A stretch of DNA of 64,000 nucleotides from an uncultured Clostridium sp. (GCA_947165355.1 CAMUZZ010000001.1:2067-66066), one strand, 5' to 3'. Positions 1 through 10,067 are shown, numbered from the stretch's first letter. The notes: generated from the letters alone by a model not told the origin. Numbers and translations are program-made.

Positions 1-215
1 TTTTTAATTATTTGTTGCCATAAAATTGCATATACTCCTAAAATAGCAATCTCTATTCCATAGAATAAAAAGAATTTAAAACTAAAAAATTCTTGTCCCG
101 AGGCAAACTTTGCAGCAACCGTTGAGAGCGTGTATATTGCTATAATTACCTGCAGTATTACAATATTTTTAATTAAATTTTTATTTAATTGAAATTTCGT
201 TTTTTCATTATTCAT
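1..215 (-). CDS. Partial small polytopic membrane protein (DMT/EamA-like, ArnE/ArnF-like?). Not in the supplied ORF track; hand translation, runs off the window start.
   Basis: Minus-strand frame open from 215 to the window edge (MNNEKTKFQLNKNLIKNIVILQVIIAIYTLSTVAAKFASGQEFFSFKFFLFYGIEIAILGVYAILWQQIIK...). Its ATG lies inside the ATP-grasp stop region (ATGAATAA overlap, suggesting translational coupling). Hydrophobic helices. Confidence 0.4.
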   Translation of the reverse strand, partial: MNNEKTKFQLNKNLIKNIVILQVIIAIYTLSTVAAKFASGQEFFSFKFFLFYGIEIAILGVYAILWQQIIK

Positions 216-1359
216 TACTAAATAACCACCCTATTTTGTTAAAGTCGTTTGTACTTAAAATATAAAATCCAAATCTTGAAGAGCTATCTATAACCTTATG
301 AGAGTCAACGTTTTCTATTTTGCTAGCCCTGTATATACATTCAGGAATTTCAGCTTTTGCTCTATCATACATGTTTACATCATCTTGATTAAAAATAAAT
401 TTTATTGCAGCAATTTTGGGCTCCGTTACTTTTTCAAAAACAGGCTCTTTTCCCATTGCAACATCAATTACCATTTTAACAAAGTCATATCCAGTTGAAA
501 TTTGAACCAAGTCTGATCCAATGCAATCTCCACCCATTCTAGCACCAATTTCTATAACTCTTACTTCTCCTTCTGGAGTGATTTTAAACTCTGAATGAGT
601 AGCACCATTTGTTATATCTAGTGCATTTAAAGCTTTTTCTAATTCGAAAAATATTTTTTCTCTCATTTCATCAGAAATAAAAGCAGGTTCTATGTGTCCT
701 GTTTCAATAAAGTTCGGCGCTCCTGTTGTTCGTTTTTCTGTTACAGTCAAAAATTTATGTTTTCCTTTAAACGAGATTCCTTCTGCACTGTATTCTTTTC
801 CATCAATATACTCTTCAACAATAGCACTATTTTCAAATGAATCTTTTTGAGCTCTTGATATTGCATCACTTAACTCATTTATGTTTGTAATTTTTGTAAT
901 AGATCTGCTACCCGATCTATCTGTTGGTTTTACAATTAATGGAAATTTCATATTGCTTATATCACTTATATTAAAGTTGTTATTTTCTGATACTTTTATA
1001 AACTTTATGGTTGGAACTCCACCATTTAACAAAGCTTCCCTCATTGCATATTTGTTTGTTGCTTTTTTGCAGCATGCTATTGAATTACCTGGAAGGTTCA
1101 TATTTTCTGCAACATATGTAACTGTTACAGTTGCTAAATCTGATGCAATTGTTGTTATTCCATCAATACCTATTTCTTTACACTTTTCTAAGATTTGATC
1201 TTTTTCCACAATGCTAATTGGATAGAAAAAATCTGCTGTTTTCTCTCCAATGCTTCCATCTTGCCAGGCAAAAACGTGAGTTTCGTAACCTAGCTCTTTA
1301 GCCTTAAGTATAAGTGGATTTTGAAATTCGTTAGCTCCAATTATTGCAATTTTTTTCAC
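208..1359 (-). CDS. ATP-grasp domain ligase (carboxylate-amine ligase family)
   Basis: 383-aa ORF with N-terminal Rossmann-like pre-ATP-grasp region and central ATP-grasp fold pattern. Co-directional with and tightly linked to the aminotransferase. Confidence 0.7.
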   Translation of the reverse strand: MKKIAIIGANEFQNPLILKAKELGYETHVFAWQDGSIGEKTADFFYPISIVEKDQILEKCKEIGIDGITTIASDLATVTVTYVAENMNLPGNSIACCKKATNKYAMREALLNGGVPTIKFIKVSENNNFNISDISNMKFPLIVKPTDRSGSRSITKITNINELSDAISRAQKDSFENSAIVEEYIDGKEYSAEGISFKGKHKFLTVTEKRTTGAPNFIETGHIEPAFISDEMREKIFFELEKALNALDITNGATHSEFKITPEGEVRVIEIGARMGGDCIGSDLVQISTGYDFVKMVIDVAMGKEPVFEKVTEPKIAAIKFIFNQDDVNMYDRAKAEIPECIYRASKIENVDSHKVIDSSSRFGFYILSTNDFNKIGWLFSNE

Positions 1360-1425
1360 AATTAATTATTTCCTTTCCGCTCTGTTGTTAAATCACAACA
1401 TAAATTAAGTGTAATCCTTTTGAAA

Positions 1426-2556
1426 TTACACTTTATAAAATTCTTTTATTTTACTTACAACATATTTTACATCATCTTCTGCTATATTGTAATACATTGG
1501 TAAACGTAATAAACGTTCACTTTCTTTGGTTGTATACTTATCTTCTCCATGAAATCTTCCATACTTTAAGCCTGCAGGAGCTGTATGAAGTGGAATGTAA
1601 TGGAATACAGCTTGTACACCATTTTCTTTTAAATATGCAATTAATTTTGTTCTTTCATCCAAATCTTTAGCTTTTATGTAATACATATGCGCATTATGTT
1701 CACATTCTGCTGGTATAACAGGTCTTTCAATGAACCCTTTTTCTTCTAGCTCCTTTAAGCCATCATTATATATATTCCATGCACGTAATCTATTGTTATT
1801 AATTTCATCTGCCATTTCAAGTTCTGGCCATAAATAAGCAGCGTTTATGTCGCTTGGTAAAAATGATGATCCACATTCTACCCACGTATATTTATCAACT
1901 TGTCCTCTAAAAAACTTACTTCTGTTAGTTCCTTTTTCTCTTATTATTTCTGCATCTTCAACATAATTATTGTCTTTAAAAACTATTGCTCCACCTTCAC
2001 CCATACTGTAGTTTTTGGTTTCGTGGAAACTATAGCATCCAATATCTCCTATTGTTCCAAGATATTGATTTTTATATTTTGCCATAACCCCTTGAGCTGC
2101 ATCTTCTACAACTTTTAAGTTATGCTTTCTAGCTATTTCATTTATTGCATCCATTTCACAAGCCACACCAGCATAATGCACAGGAACTATGGCTTTTGTC
2201 TTTTCTGTAATTGCATCTTCTATTAATTTTTCATCTATGTTCATTGTGTCTGGTCTAATATCAACAAAAACAATTTTAGCACCACGAAGTACAAATGCAT
2301 TTGCTGTTGAAACAAATGTGTATGGTGACATTATAACTTCATCACCTGGCTGTATATCTAATAAAATAGCTGCCATTTCTAGAGCTGAAGTTCCAGATGT
2401 AGTTAACAAAACTTTACTTGCATTAAATTTTTGTTCCATAAAATTACTACATTTTTTTGTAAACTCACCATCTCCACATATTTTATGATTTCGTATAGCT
2501 TCTGTTACATATTTTTCTTCGTTTCCCACCATTGGCGGAATATTAAAACCTATCAT
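1426..2556 (-). CDS. DegT/DnrJ/EryC1/StrS-family PLP-dependent sugar aminotransferase (ArnB-like)
   Basis: Family-typical sequence throughout the 388-aa ORF. Start probably the internal Met (MIGFNIPP...) at 2556, preceded by AAGGAAG; ORF-track start is 2592. Confidence 0.85.
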   Translation of the reverse strand: MIGFNIPPMVGNEEKYVTEAIRNHKICGDGEFTKKCSNFMEQKFNASKVLLTTSGTSALEMAAILLDIQPGDEVIMSPYTFVSTANAFVLRGAKIVFVDIRPDTMNIDEKLIEDAITEKTKAIVPVHYAGVACEMDAINEIARKHNLKVVEDAAQGVMAKYKNQYLGTIGDIGCYSFHETKNYSMGEGGAIVFKDNNYVEDAEIIREKGTNRSKFFRGQVDKYTWVECGSSFLPSDINAAYLWPELEMADEINNNRLRAWNIYNDGLKELEEKGFIERPVIPAECEHNAHMYYIKAKDLDERTKLIAYLKENGVQAVFHYIPLHTAPAGLKYGRFHGEDKYTTKESERLLRLPMYYNIAEDDVKYVVSKIKEFYKV

Positions 2557-2578
2557 TTTGTAAAACTTCCTTTTCTGT

Positions 2579-3919
2579 TTATATATAAGCAAAAATTAAT
2601 GTTTTCATGCTAATAATTAAAACAAAGCATAACACACTAATTATTGACACTTTTAAAACTGTTTGAATTTGTTGTTTTTTAATTATTCTTTCTATAATGC
2701 ACTGTAGTCCAACTGTTACAAAATACATAAGTGGAACAAGCATTGGCATTATGTATCTTCCTTGTGGTTGATAATCGCTTGTGTATGAGTAGTAGATACT
2801 TAATAATAGTGGAATAATAGCATCTATTATTAGCACTATTTGTAATAAATTAATTCTTTTTTCCTTGTTTTCAGTTTTATCTTTCTTTGATATGAATAAT
2901 TGAATTAAAAATCCTAATAAGCCTATTAAAATAATAGCTAAAGCCATTACACAAACGTATTTTGGAATTGGCACACTCATACCACCAAAAACACCAACAA
3001 AACTGTGTAAAGTAGTAACTATCCATCCTCTGTTTATTAGCATTGTTGTAAGCGACATTCCCTCTCTTTGCGGAGTAGTTCTATTTTTTGCTTTATACTC
3101 TTCTATAGCATATTTGTTTGAGTATTCGTCGGTTGTGCTCAATCCTAAAAAATCGCCATCGTAAATAATTGCGCTTCTTATGAACCACCATCCAGCTATT
3201 AGAAATACCACTCCCGAAACAACTAAACCTTTTTTTATTATTTCTTTTATTGATATTTTATTTTTAAGCTGTGATGCTATAAACAATATAATACTGGTTA
3301 GTATGTAACCATATGCATTGTAGTATGAAATAGCACAGAGCCCAATAGAAACTCCCAGTTTAATACATGTTTTGTAGCTCCATCCGTTTTTATACCCAAT
3401 AATTCCATAATAAATAATCATTGATATTGTCATCATTGCAAAACAATCGTTATTTAAATATGAACCTAGGTATATCATTTGTGGTAACAAAGATGTAAGC
3501 CCTATAAACAATATCTTAAAGTACTTATTTTTGAATAATTCTTTTGCTATTTTTATATTAAACAGTATAAAAATTCCATAACATATTACACTAACTAATC
3601 TTGCAGCAACATAATATGCATGCAAATCTTGAGTAAAATTACTTGTTATTTTTATAAATATTCCTGAAAAAATATATGGTGTTATTGGTGTAAAACCATA
3701 CGAAATTCCCCATGTATGATCAAGAACTGCTTCGTCTCCACCGTGTGGAAGTGTACCATAATTGGCTACATATTTACATATATCTAATTTCATTAATTCG
3801 TCTGGGCCAGTATTACTTGGCTGTATTACTGCAACAAAAGTAGCAAAAATTACACAAATAAATATAAATGAAAAAACTAAAAATTTTTCATTTATTTTCC
3901 CTTTTATAGACTTAATCAA
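2579..3919 (-). CDS. GT-C fold glycosyltransferase (PMT_2/ArnT-like, family 39-like), polytopic membrane protein
   Basis: 446 aa, at least 10 predicted TM helices, DE motif in the first periplasmic loop (TGPDELMK). Confidence 0.65.
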   Translation of the reverse strand: MIKSIKGKINEKFLVFSFIFICVIFATFVAVIQPSNTGPDELMKLDICKYVANYGTLPHGGDEAVLDHTWGISYGFTPITPYIFSGIFIKITSNFTQDLHAYYVAARLVSVICYGIFILFNIKIAKELFKNKYFKILFIGLTSLLPQMIYLGSYLNNDCFAMMTISMIIYYGIIGYKNGWSYKTCIKLGVSIGLCAISYYNAYGYILTSIILFIASQLKNKISIKEIIKKGLVVSGVVFLIAGWWFIRSAIIYDGDFLGLSTTDEYSNKYAIEEYKAKNRTTPQREGMSLTTMLINRGWIVTTLHSFVGVFGGMSVPIPKYVCVMALAIILIGLLGFLIQLFISKKDKTENKEKRINLLQIVLIIDAIIPLLLSIYYSYTSDYQPQGRYIMPMLVPLMYFVTVGLQCIIERIIKKQQIQTVLKVSIISVLCFVLIISMKTLIFAYI

Positions 3920-4110
3920 TTAATTCACCTTCATCCTTACGTTTCCTAAATTCTATCATAGTGCTATAAAAAATACAATGATTACAAACTAAGATTTGCT
4001 AAATATGCTGAAAAATTTAATATTTTGTGATATACTGTAGCAGATAGTTTAAAAAGATGTTATGATTATAAAAAGTTTTATTTTAAACTTTGTGGAAAGG
4101 ATTTATAAAA

Positions 4111-5043
4111 ATGAAAAAAGTATCTATAATTGTACCTGTATACTTTAACGAAGAAAATTTGCTTTCTTTGTATGCAGACTTAAAAGAAAAAGTTTTAAAT
4201 AAATTGCCATCATACAATTTAGCTTATGAAATTGTATTTGTTGATGATGGCTCAAAAGATAATTCTTACAACATATTAAAAGATATTGCAAAACTAGACG
4301 AAAATATAGTTTTATTAAAATTATCTAGAAACTTTGGAGAACATGCTGCTTTATTAGCAGGGCTTACAAAATGTACAGGAGATTTCGCGGTTCGTAAGGC
4401 AGCCGACCTACAAGAGCCTTCAGAATTAATTTTAAAAATGATTGATAAATACAATGAAGGAAACAACGTTGTTATAGCTACTCGTGCAGACAGAGAAGAA
4501 CCATTTATTCAAAAAGCTCTTAGTGGTTTATATGCTTCAATTATGCAAAAAATGGCATTACACAATATGCCCAAAGGTGGATTTGACAGTTTTTTAATTG
4601 ACAGACAAGTTATAGATGTTTTGGTTAAAATGCAAGAAAAAAATACATCTCTTATGAGCCAAATATTATGGAGTGGTTTTAAAACTGGATCTGTTTCATA
4701 CACAAGATTAAAAAGACAAGCAGGAAAATCTAGATGGACTCTATCTAAAAAAATAAAATTAGCTATCGACTCTATTTTAAGCTTTTCATACTTTCCAGTA
4801 CGCTTTATTTCAGTAATTGGAATACTTTCATCTCTAGGAGCTTTAATTACGTCAATAGTAATAATATGCTTAAAATTAGCTGATGTAATAGACGTTGAAG
4901 GATATACTTCAATTATCCTTTTAATATTATTCTGCTTTGGAGTTGTTATGTTCTCTTTAGGAGTTCTTGGAGAATACATTTGGAGAGCATTTGATGCATC
5001 AAGAAAAAGACCTCCATTTATTGTTGAAGAAGACCATAAATAA
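4111..5043 (+). CDS. GT2 polyprenyl-phosphate sugar transferase (ArnC/GtrB/DPM1-like)
   Basis: SIIVPVYFNEE, VFVDDGSKDNS, LSRNFGEHAA, DLQEP motifs; two C-terminal TM helices. ATG at 4111 preceded by GGAAAGGA (track start 4090 is TTG). Confidence 0.85.
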   Translation: MKKVSIIVPVYFNEENLLSLYADLKEKVLNKLPSYNLAYEIVFVDDGSKDNSYNILKDIAKLDENIVLLKLSRNFGEHAALLAGLTKCTGDFAVRKAADLQEPSELILKMIDKYNEGNNVVIATRADREEPFIQKALSGLYASIMQKMALHNMPKGGFDSFLIDRQVIDVLVKMQEKNTSLMSQILWSGFKTGSVSYTRLKRQAGKSRWTLSKKIKLAIDSILSFSYFPVRFISVIGILSSLGALITSIVIICLKLADVIDVEGYTSIILLILFCFGVVMFSLGVLGEYIWRAFDASRKRPPFIVEEDHK

Positions 5044-5093
5044 ATGATTCACAAAATTGAATTGCCACTAAAACCTTATACTAATACAACAAA

Positions 5094-5130
5094 AAGAAGC
5101 GTAAAAAAATAATTTCCGCTTCTTTTTATT
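5094..5130. terminator. Bidirectional rho-independent terminator between convergent genes
   Basis: AAGAAGCG ... CGCTTCTT stem followed by TTTTTATT; A-run on the other side. Confidence 0.6.
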
Positions 5131-5161
5131 ATTCTTTAATTTCTATTATACTTCGATATTT

Positions 5162-5753
5162 CTAACTATTTGCACCATACAGCTTTTCATAAATACCATA
5201 GTCTCTTATAATTTTTCTAACATAGTTATTTGTTTCTTTGTATGGAATATTTTCTATATCTGATCCATCTTCTTTTATAATTCCTTCAGCTATCCACCTA
5301 TCAACATTTCCTATTCCTGCATTATATGCAGCAATTGCCATATATAAATTTCCGGTCATATTTATCAATTAACTCAGATAAATACTTTATGCCAATTTGT
5401 ATATTGGTTTTGGCATCAAACAACATACTGCTTTCGTATGATTCAATAAAAATACTTTTTTCAGATATTTCTCTTGCAGTTGAATCCATTACTTGCATCA
5501 ATCCTTTAGCATCGCTTTTGGATGTAACGCCACAATTAAAATTGCTTTCAACTTTTATTACAGCATACACCAAAAGTTCATCAACATCGTATTCTTCTGC
5601 ATAATATTCAACATATTCAGCGTATTTTTTTGGATAGATTTTTTTCATTAGTACATTTGGTAAATTAAAAATATTTATAACGATTACTAGTATTAATACA
5701 CTAACTATAGCTATACACATAGCTTTGGTTAATTTTTTCATTAATGCTATCAT
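5162..5753 (-). pseudogene. Soluble lytic transglycosylase (SLT domain) split by a frameshift near 5354-5357
   Basis: Upstream ORF carries the ES...GLMQV catalytic motif; downstream ORF in another frame carries AYNAGIGNVDRW. Junction ...ELIDKYD | GNLYMAIAAYNAG implies a 1-nt indel. Confidence 0.6.
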
Positions 5754-5802
5754 CCTTTCTTTTGTGTATAAAATTATTATTCATCTTCTAAACGATGGAG
5801 TA

Positions 5803-8514
5803 TTATTTTACATCATACCACGTCTTTGCAACCTCAGTTTCAACCTGAAGTGGTATTGATAATTGTATTGCATTTTCCATACAGTTTTTCAACAATTTTT
5901 GCACTTCTTCACTATCAGATTCTTTGCATTCTAGTATAAGCTCATCGTGTACCTGAAGTACAATTTTTGCATCATAATTTGTTTTGTTAAGCTCTTTATA
6001 CAAGTTTACCATTGCAATTTTCATTATGTCTGCTGCAGTTCCTTGAATAGGAGTATTCATTGCAGCTCTAGCACCAAATTGTCTAACCATATAATTATTA
6101 GAGCTTAGCTCCGGTATATATCTTCTTCTGTGGAATAAAGTTTCTACATAGCCCTTTTCTTTTGCATCTTCCACCACATTTTTCATAAACTGATCTATAC
6201 CACTATACTTTTCTAAGTATTGGTCTATATAATTCTTAGCTGCTTTTTTGGTTATTCCTAACTGCTCAGCAAGTCCAAAATCACTTATTCCATACACTAT
6301 TCCAAAGTTTACTGCTTTAGCTGAGCTTCTTTGCTCTTTTGTAACTTCTTCTATTGGAATTCCTAGTACTCTTGATGCAGCTTGCTTGTGAATGTCTTCC
6401 CCATTTCTAAATGCGTGTAGCATGTTTTCGTCTTGTGAAATATGCGCTAAAACTCTTAGCTCTATTTGAGAATAATCGGCATCTATGTATACATAGCCCT
6501 CTTTTGGTTTAAATACTTTTCTTACTTGCTTTCCAAGCTCTATTCTCGTTGGGATGTTTTGTAAATTTGGCTCTGTACTACTAATTCTTCCGGTTGCAGT
6601 TATTGTTTGATGGAAACAAGAGTGAATTCTTCCAGTTTTTGAATTGATACATGGAATTAAACCTTCAATGTATGTAGAATTAAGCTTTGTTAAGCTTCTG
6701 TATTCAAGTATTTTTTCTATTATAGGATGCTTATTCTTTAATTTTTCCAATATATCAACATCAGTTGAATATCCTGTTTTTGTTTTCTTGTAAACAGGTA
6801 ACTGCAATTTTTCAAATAATATTTTACCAAGTTGTTGCGTTGAGTTTATGTTAAAATCTTCTCCAGCCATTTCGTGAATTTCTGAAGTTAAAACCTCTAA
6901 GTTTTTCTTTAACTCTTCACCTATAGTTTCAAGCTCAGATTTATCTGCATACATACCTGCAACTTGCATTTCTGCAAGTATTTCCAATAGTGGCATTTCG
7001 ATGTTATAGAATAAATCTTCACTATTATATTCTTTAATTTTTGCCATCATCTTTTCGTATAAACTTCCAATAACGTATGCAAAAACTGATGATTCATATT
7101 TTTCATCATCGCTTTCTTGCACTGCATCAAAAAAGTTTATTTGTCCACTAACAGTTTCCTTTGATTCATTCTGATTTTCTATAAATTCATTAACATCAAT
7201 GCTTAAATATTCCATTGCCAAATCGCTTAAATTATATTTGTTTCCAGGGTTTATAATATAAGCTGCAATTTCCGCATCAAAATATATATTGTTTGGTTTT
7301 ATTCCTAGTTCCTTTAGTAGTACATAATCTTCATTTAGTTTAAAACCAAATTTTTTTATATTTTCGTCTTCAAATACTTCTTTAAAATAATTAGTAAATT
7401 CACTATTATTTAGCTTTAGGTAATAAACTTCCTTGCTTTGTTTGTTGTATATACAAATAGATTTGATTGATTTTTTTATTATATTTTGACTTTCTTTTTC
7501 ATCTTTTTTGTATATATAAAAAACTAATTCTTGGCTTTCTTTAATTGATTTTATTATATCATTAGCACTTTTATCCTCCACCAAAGAAAATAAATCTTTA
7601 ATATCTTTTTGCTCTTCCGTGCCTGTAAGTGCAAATCTATCTATAAATCTATTAAAGTTTAGCTCTTTAAACTTTTCGTATACAGCTCCATTATCCCATT
7701 CTTGTTTCTTTAAATCATCTATGGTAACTTCATCAAATGGAACCTCCAAGTTTATTCTTCCTAAATCTCTTGAAAGATATGCTAAATCTTTATTTGCTAG
7801 TAAGTTTTCTTTTAGCTTTCCTTTTATTGATGCTGCTTCATCGTTTTCAAGAAGTTTGTATAAATTGTCTATATCTTTGTACTCTTCAATTAATTTGTAC
7901 GCCGTTTTTTCACCTACACCTGGCACTCCAGGAATATTGTCTGATGAATCTCCCATCAAACCTTTTACTTCAATTAATTGTTTTGGACAAACATTATATG
8001 TTTCAATAACCTTTGCTTCGTTAAAGTCTTCTTCCTCTGTTTTGCCAGCTTTTGTACGTGGTATTCTTATTGTTACATTGTTTGTTGCAAGCTGAAATGT
8101 ATCTCTATCTCCTGAAAGAATAAAAACATTAAGTCCTGCCTCTTCTCCTCTTTTTGAAAAAGTACCTAGAATGTCATCACCCTCGTACCCCTGCTTTTCT
8201 ATTATTTTTATATTCATTTTATTTAATATATCTTTTATTATTGGCATTTGCGCTGCTAGTTCATTTGGCATTCCTTTACGATTTGCCTTGTAACCTTCAT
8301 ACATTTCGTGTCTTGCCGTTGGACCTTTTAGGTCGAAGGTAATTGCCATGTAATCTGGTTTTAAGTCTTCACAAACTTTAAACATTATAGCTAAAAATCC
8401 ATAAACAGCGTTTGTATACGTACCATCTTTGGTAGTAAGCATTTTACTGCTCATTATTCCATAAAAAGCTCTATTCATAATGCTATTTCCGTCAATTAAT
8501 AATAAATTACTCAT
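5803..8514 (-). CDS. polA: DNA polymerase I
   Basis: 5'-3' exonuclease N-terminus, 3'-5' exo and Pol A family palm motifs (DYSQIELR, QVHDEL). Start probably MSNLLLIDG at 8514, preceded by GAGAGGA. Confidence 0.95.
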   Translation of the reverse strand: MSNLLLIDGNSIMNRAFYGIMSSKMLTTKDGTYTNAVYGFLAIMFKVCEDLKPDYMAITFDLKGPTARHEMYEGYKANRKGMPNELAAQMPIIKDILNKMNIKIIEKQGYEGDDILGTFSKRGEEAGLNVFILSGDRDTFQLATNNVTIRIPRTKAGKTEEEDFNEAKVIETYNVCPKQLIEVKGLMGDSSDNIPGVPGVGEKTAYKLIEEYKDIDNLYKLLENDEAASIKGKLKENLLANKDLAYLSRDLGRINLEVPFDEVTIDDLKKQEWDNGAVYEKFKELNFNRFIDRFALTGTEEQKDIKDLFSLVEDKSANDIIKSIKESQELVFYIYKKDEKESQNIIKKSIKSICIYNKQSKEVYYLKLNNSEFTNYFKEVFEDENIKKFGFKLNEDYVLLKELGIKPNNIYFDAEIAAYIINPGNKYNLSDLAMEYLSIDVNEFIENQNESKETVSGQINFFDAVQESDDEKYESSVFAYVIGSLYEKMMAKIKEYNSEDLFYNIEMPLLEILAEMQVAGMYADKSELETIGEELKKNLEVLTSEIHEMAGEDFNINSTQQLGKILFEKLQLPVYKKTKTGYSTDVDILEKLKNKHPIIEKILEYRSLTKLNSTYIEGLIPCINSKTGRIHSCFHQTITATGRISSTEPNLQNIPTRIELGKQVRKVFKPKEGYVYIDADYSQIELRVLAHISQDENMLHAFRNGEDIHKQAASRVLGIPIEEVTKEQRSSAKAVNFGIVYGISDFGLAEQLGITKKAAKNYIDQYLEKYSGIDQFMKNVVEDAKEKGYVETLFHRRRYIPELSSNNYMVRQFGARAAMNTPIQGTAADIMKIAMVNLYKELNKTNYDAKIVLQVHDELILECKESDSEEVQKLLKNCMENAIQLSIPLQVETEVAKTWYDVK

Positions 8515-8672
8515 ATTCTTCATCCTCTCAGTTATGTTTTTTATTTTATTATTAATACGTTGAATTATCAATATTTTTATTTAAATTTACAAACAATTTA
8601 CAATATATTTTGCGTCAAATAATTATTTTATTAGCATACTTTTTACTGCAAAAGAATTAAATATAGAAATAA

Positions 8673-8700
8673 CCCTGCAGATAAAACCTGCAGGGCTTTT
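8673..8700. terminator. Hairpin terminator (CCCTGCAG / CTGCAGGG)
   Basis: Perfect 8-bp GC-rich stem with T-runs on both sides, downstream of the 8703..10067 gene. Confidence 0.55.
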
Positions 8701-8702
8701 GG

Positions 8703-10067
8703 CTATTTGAACAAATTGTTTGCTCCGCCAATAGATGAAATATAAGCTTCGGTTGCCTTTCCAATATTTTTAACCGTGTCCGCATGACCTTTTTTAATTG
8801 TATAATCCTGGGTAATTACTACAAGCAGATATTGTCCATCTACTATAGCACAATCAGCTGCTGACGTATAGTTTCCATCAGACCACCCAGACTTATGCAA
8901 ATAGGTATGCTTACCCGACATCCACATTGTAATGTAGCAGTATAACGTGTTTTTCAAATAAGTTTCTAATGATTTGGCATACTTTGCACTACTGTTAATG
9001 TAGTTCCAAATGTACAACCATTCATGATACCGCTGCATTACTGTTGCAGACCCGTATTGAAGATATGCAACTGATCCATCAGAAGTTTGGTACGCTAAGT
9101 TTGCACCTCCAATTTTAGCAAGCCAGTTATTAAACTTTTCGAGCCTTTTAGTTGTAGCAGTTTCTGGAGAAAACCTTCTAACCAGGATATTGTATCCTGT
9201 GTTATCGCTATGGTACAACAAAACTCTTAATATTTCGGCAATTGAATATTCAGAACCTATTGGATCATTCTTAATAACTCCACTTCCTGTATTTTTATCA
9301 GCTTTAGTGTAAGTTAATTTTTCTGACCAAATACTAATTCCTTGTGCCTCGCATTCTTCTAGTACAAAGCAAGCAAATGCTGCTTTAACTGTGCATGCGC
9401 TTGAAATAAGTTTGTTTTCGTTGTACACATATCCGTTTTTTCCATCAAGAGAAAATAATCCAACGCCAATTACAATATTTGGATATTTTTTCTTCTCGCT
9501 CTCTACCACTTGCATTATTTTTTGAGGTAACGCCTTAGTTGTTATGCCAGGAGCAATATTACCTGTTGAAATGCTTGTTGTAGTAGCTTTTGTTGTTGCT
9601 ACAGTAGAAGCTGTAGTTACTGCTGATGTAAGCTTTGAAGTTACTGCAGACTCAGATGGCAAAGTTGCCAACGAGTTTTGTAAACTGCTTGATGTTTGCG
9701 ATTGAAAATTTGATGTTTTACTTTCAGTACTTGCTATTATTTGCGCGCTCGTACCTATAGCCATCGTACTTGTTACTTCTGCCTGTGTTGTCACTTTTTC
9801 TGTGACTTCTGTTGTTGAAATTGCAGTGCTGCTGGTTGATTTTTGGATTGTACTTGTACCGTATGTTTGCATGTTTTGTGTGGTGCTTGATTCAATTTGA
9901 TTTATTACCATTACATCGTTTGGATCATAAACCAAAAGCTCTCCAGAGCCATCCCGTAAGGAACGTTGCTGAATAGTAGCTAAAACAAGAAGTACCACGG
10001 TAATTAACCATAAACTTGCGGTAAAAAATAAAATCCACATTATTCGCCGTTTCAACTTTGCTTTCAT
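8703..10067 (-). CDS. Membrane-anchored class A beta-lactamase-fold protein with a long Ser/Thr-rich linker. CTVK where STFK is expected.
   Basis: N-terminal TM, about 120-aa S/T-rich low-complexity region, then SDN (YHSDNTG) and KSG (HKSGW) motifs at class A spacing. The first motif reads SSACTVK. Confidence 0.6.
   Translation of the reverse strand: MKAKLKRRIMWILFFTASLWLITVVLLVLATIQQRSLRDGSGELLVYDPNDVMVINQIESSTTQNMQTYGTSTIQKSTSSTAISTTEVTEKVTTQAEVTSTMAIGTSAQIIASTESKTSNFQSQTSSSLQNSLATLPSESAVTSKLTSAVTTASTVATTKATTTSISTGNIAPGITTKALPQKIMQVVESEKKKYPNIVIGVGLFSLDGKNGYVYNENKLISSACTVKAAFACFVLEECEAQGISIWSEKLTYTKADKNTGSGVIKNDPIGSEYSIAEILRVLLYHSDNTGYNILVRRFSPETATTKRLEKFNNWLAKIGGANLAYQTSDGSVAYLQYGSATVMQRYHEWLYIWNYINSSAKYAKSLETYLKNTLYCYITMWMSGKHTYLHKSGWSDGNYTSAADCAIVDGQYLLVVITQDYTIKKGHADTVKNIGKATEAYISSIGGANNLFK

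Noticed and set aside
7619-8342. Several plus-strand ORFs (158, 90, 62 aa) inside polA
   Set aside because: Antisense to a strongly supported polA frame, with low-complexity Ser/Leu-rich translations typical of AT-rich antisense frames. The same applies to the other short antisense ORFs inside lepA, ligA, mutS, miaB, fhs and the rest.
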